From: Vicinamibacteria bacterium
GTDB taxonomy: Bacteria > Acidobacteriota > Vicinamibacteria > Vicinamibacterales > JAENWD01
Direction: 5' to 3'
Assembly (NCBI GenBank): GCA_016650245.1
Contig: JAENWD010000139.1
Span: 6,082 to 70,081 of the forward strand
DNA length: 64,000 nucleotides
Made by a program: the position numbers and the translations under genes. Shown here piece after piece: positions 63,053-64,000 of the stretch (the first letter of the stretch is position 1; each line of letters opens with the position of its first letter). The notes under the pieces are model-generated. The model did no database searches. It saw only the letters and a program-made list of their open reading frames with translations, and was not told the origin of the DNA.

Positions 63053-63058
63053 GCGCCC

Positions 63059-64000
63059 ATGTTGCGCGCCTCCCTGCTCACGCTCACCCTGGCGGCCACC
63101 GTCGTCGCCGTGCCGACCGCCGACGACGCCACACGCGTACCCGGCATCGAAGACCTGCTGACACTGAGGACTGTTGGCGGCGTCCAGATCTCGCCAGACG
63201 GCAAGTGGGTCGTCTACGCGGTCACCGAGACGGACCTCGACCAGGACGCCTACGTCAACCAGCTGTTCGTGGTCCCTGCCGTCGGCGGCCCGTCGATCCA
63301 GCTGACGCGTGGGGCCAAGTCGGCCACCAGTGCGCAATGGTCGCCCGACAGCCAGTGGGTCGCGTTCCTCAGCCCGCGCGCCAGCGACAAGAACCAGATC
63401 TTTGCCATCCGTCCTGACGGCGGCGAAGCGGTGCAGCTGACGAAAAGCGAGACGGCCGTCAACGGCTTCGAGTGGTCAGTCGACGGCGCGCGTATCGCGT
63501 ATCTGGCCGCCGATGCCGAGTCGAAGGAGCGCAAGGCGCGCAAGGACCGCATGGGCGACTTCGAGGTCGTCCGCAGCGAGTACGTCTTCACGCACATCTG
63601 GACGTTCGACGTCGCCGAGGCGCTGAAAGTGCCGGTCGCGGGCACGCAACGCACCAAGGGCAGCACGTTCAATGTCGGCTCGCTGGCCTGGTCACCGGAC
63701 GGAGCCACGCTGGCATTCCACGCGACGAAGAACCCAGACCTGGTACAGAGTCACACAGCCGACGTGTACACCCTCGACCTGGCCTCGGACAAAGTGACGC
63801 CGCTGGTGACCCAGGCCGGTCCCGATACGGGCCCGCGATGGTCTCCCGACGGATCGACGATCGCGTTCGAGTCGGCAATGGGCCGGCCGGATTTTTTCCA
63901 CGCCAACGGACGCATTGCGGTCGTCGCCGCGTCAGGTGGCATGCCCGTGTCGGTCACCGACGCGTTCGACGAAGACCCGAACCTGATCGACTGGACCGGT
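63059..64000 (+). CDS. S9-family peptidase (prolyl oligopeptidase / acylaminoacyl-peptidase-like), N-terminal beta-propeller part; continues past window end
   Basis: My own translation; it is absent from the track because no stop falls in the window. Signal peptide, then repeated WSPDG-type PD40 motifs (ISPDGKWVVY, WSPDSQWVAF, WSVDGARIAY, WSPDGATLAF, WSPDGSTIAF). Confidence 0.75.
   Translation, partial: MLRASLLTLTLAATVVAVPTADDATRVPGIEDLLTLRTVGGVQISPDGKWVVYAVTETDLDQDAYVNQLFVVPAVGGPSIQLTRGAKSATSAQWSPDSQWVAFLSPRASDKNQIFAIRPDGGEAVQLTKSETAVNGFEWSVDGARIAYLAADAESKERKARKDRMGDFEVVRSEYVFTHIWTFDVAEALKVPVAGTQRTKGSTFNVGSLAWSPDGATLAFHATKNPDLVQSHTADVYTLDLASDKVTPLVTQAGPDTGPRWSPDGSTIAFESAMGRPDFFHANGRIAVVAASGGMPVSVTDAFDEDPNLIDWTG

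Overview
This is a visibly GC-rich bacterial chromosomal segment. All calls below were made by eye from motifs; no composition was computed and no searches were run. The likely source is Acidobacteria-like. That inference rests on two secreted proteins of the VWFA-related 'acidobacterial' type, a PVC-type CxxCH heme protein and TAT-signal TIM-barrel proteins.

I support about 65 protein genes and one tRNA-Leu(UAA). I found no rRNA, CRISPR array, transposase or integrase. Most content is housekeeping:
- ftsEX, gatB, an ECF sigma/anti-sigma pair, ispH, folK and a DksA-type protein
- a MacB-type ABC pair with a TesA-like esterase
- a pentose-phosphate cluster (gnd-pgi-rpiB, with pgl divergent)
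- mscL, mgtE and an aldehyde dehydrogenase
- a leucine-catabolic liu/mcc cluster
- two sigma-54 activators and a histidine kinase
- cutC, ogt and rluD

Five things are worth a second look:
1. Short tandem heptanucleotide arrays fill most intergenic spacers between 32.8 and 61.4 kb. They often abut or contain stop codons, and three loci are arranged as long imperfect inverted arrays.
2. A TAnnnT (-10-like) hexamer sits 6-8 nt upstream of the start codon of at least 12 first-in-operon genes. This points to widespread leaderless mRNAs alongside genes with normal Shine-Dalgarno sites.
3. A translationally coupled secreted operon (939-aa unknown protein, VWA protein, VWA-TPR protein) lies divergent from a dual-specificity phosphatase.
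4. A PP2C phosphatase, a TPR-GAF sigma-54 activator and a PilZ protein form a regulatory module.
5. Several reading frames are disrupted or oddly bounded. These are MCC alpha split at a G4 run, a CPC-motif MerE-like ORF broken at a G4 run, ogt without a nearby stop, and a GNAT relic.

Most long ORFs in the six-frame track are antisense or out-of-frame shadows typical of high-GC DNA. I do not see one clear-cut new system; the repeat family and the secreted operon are the best candidates.
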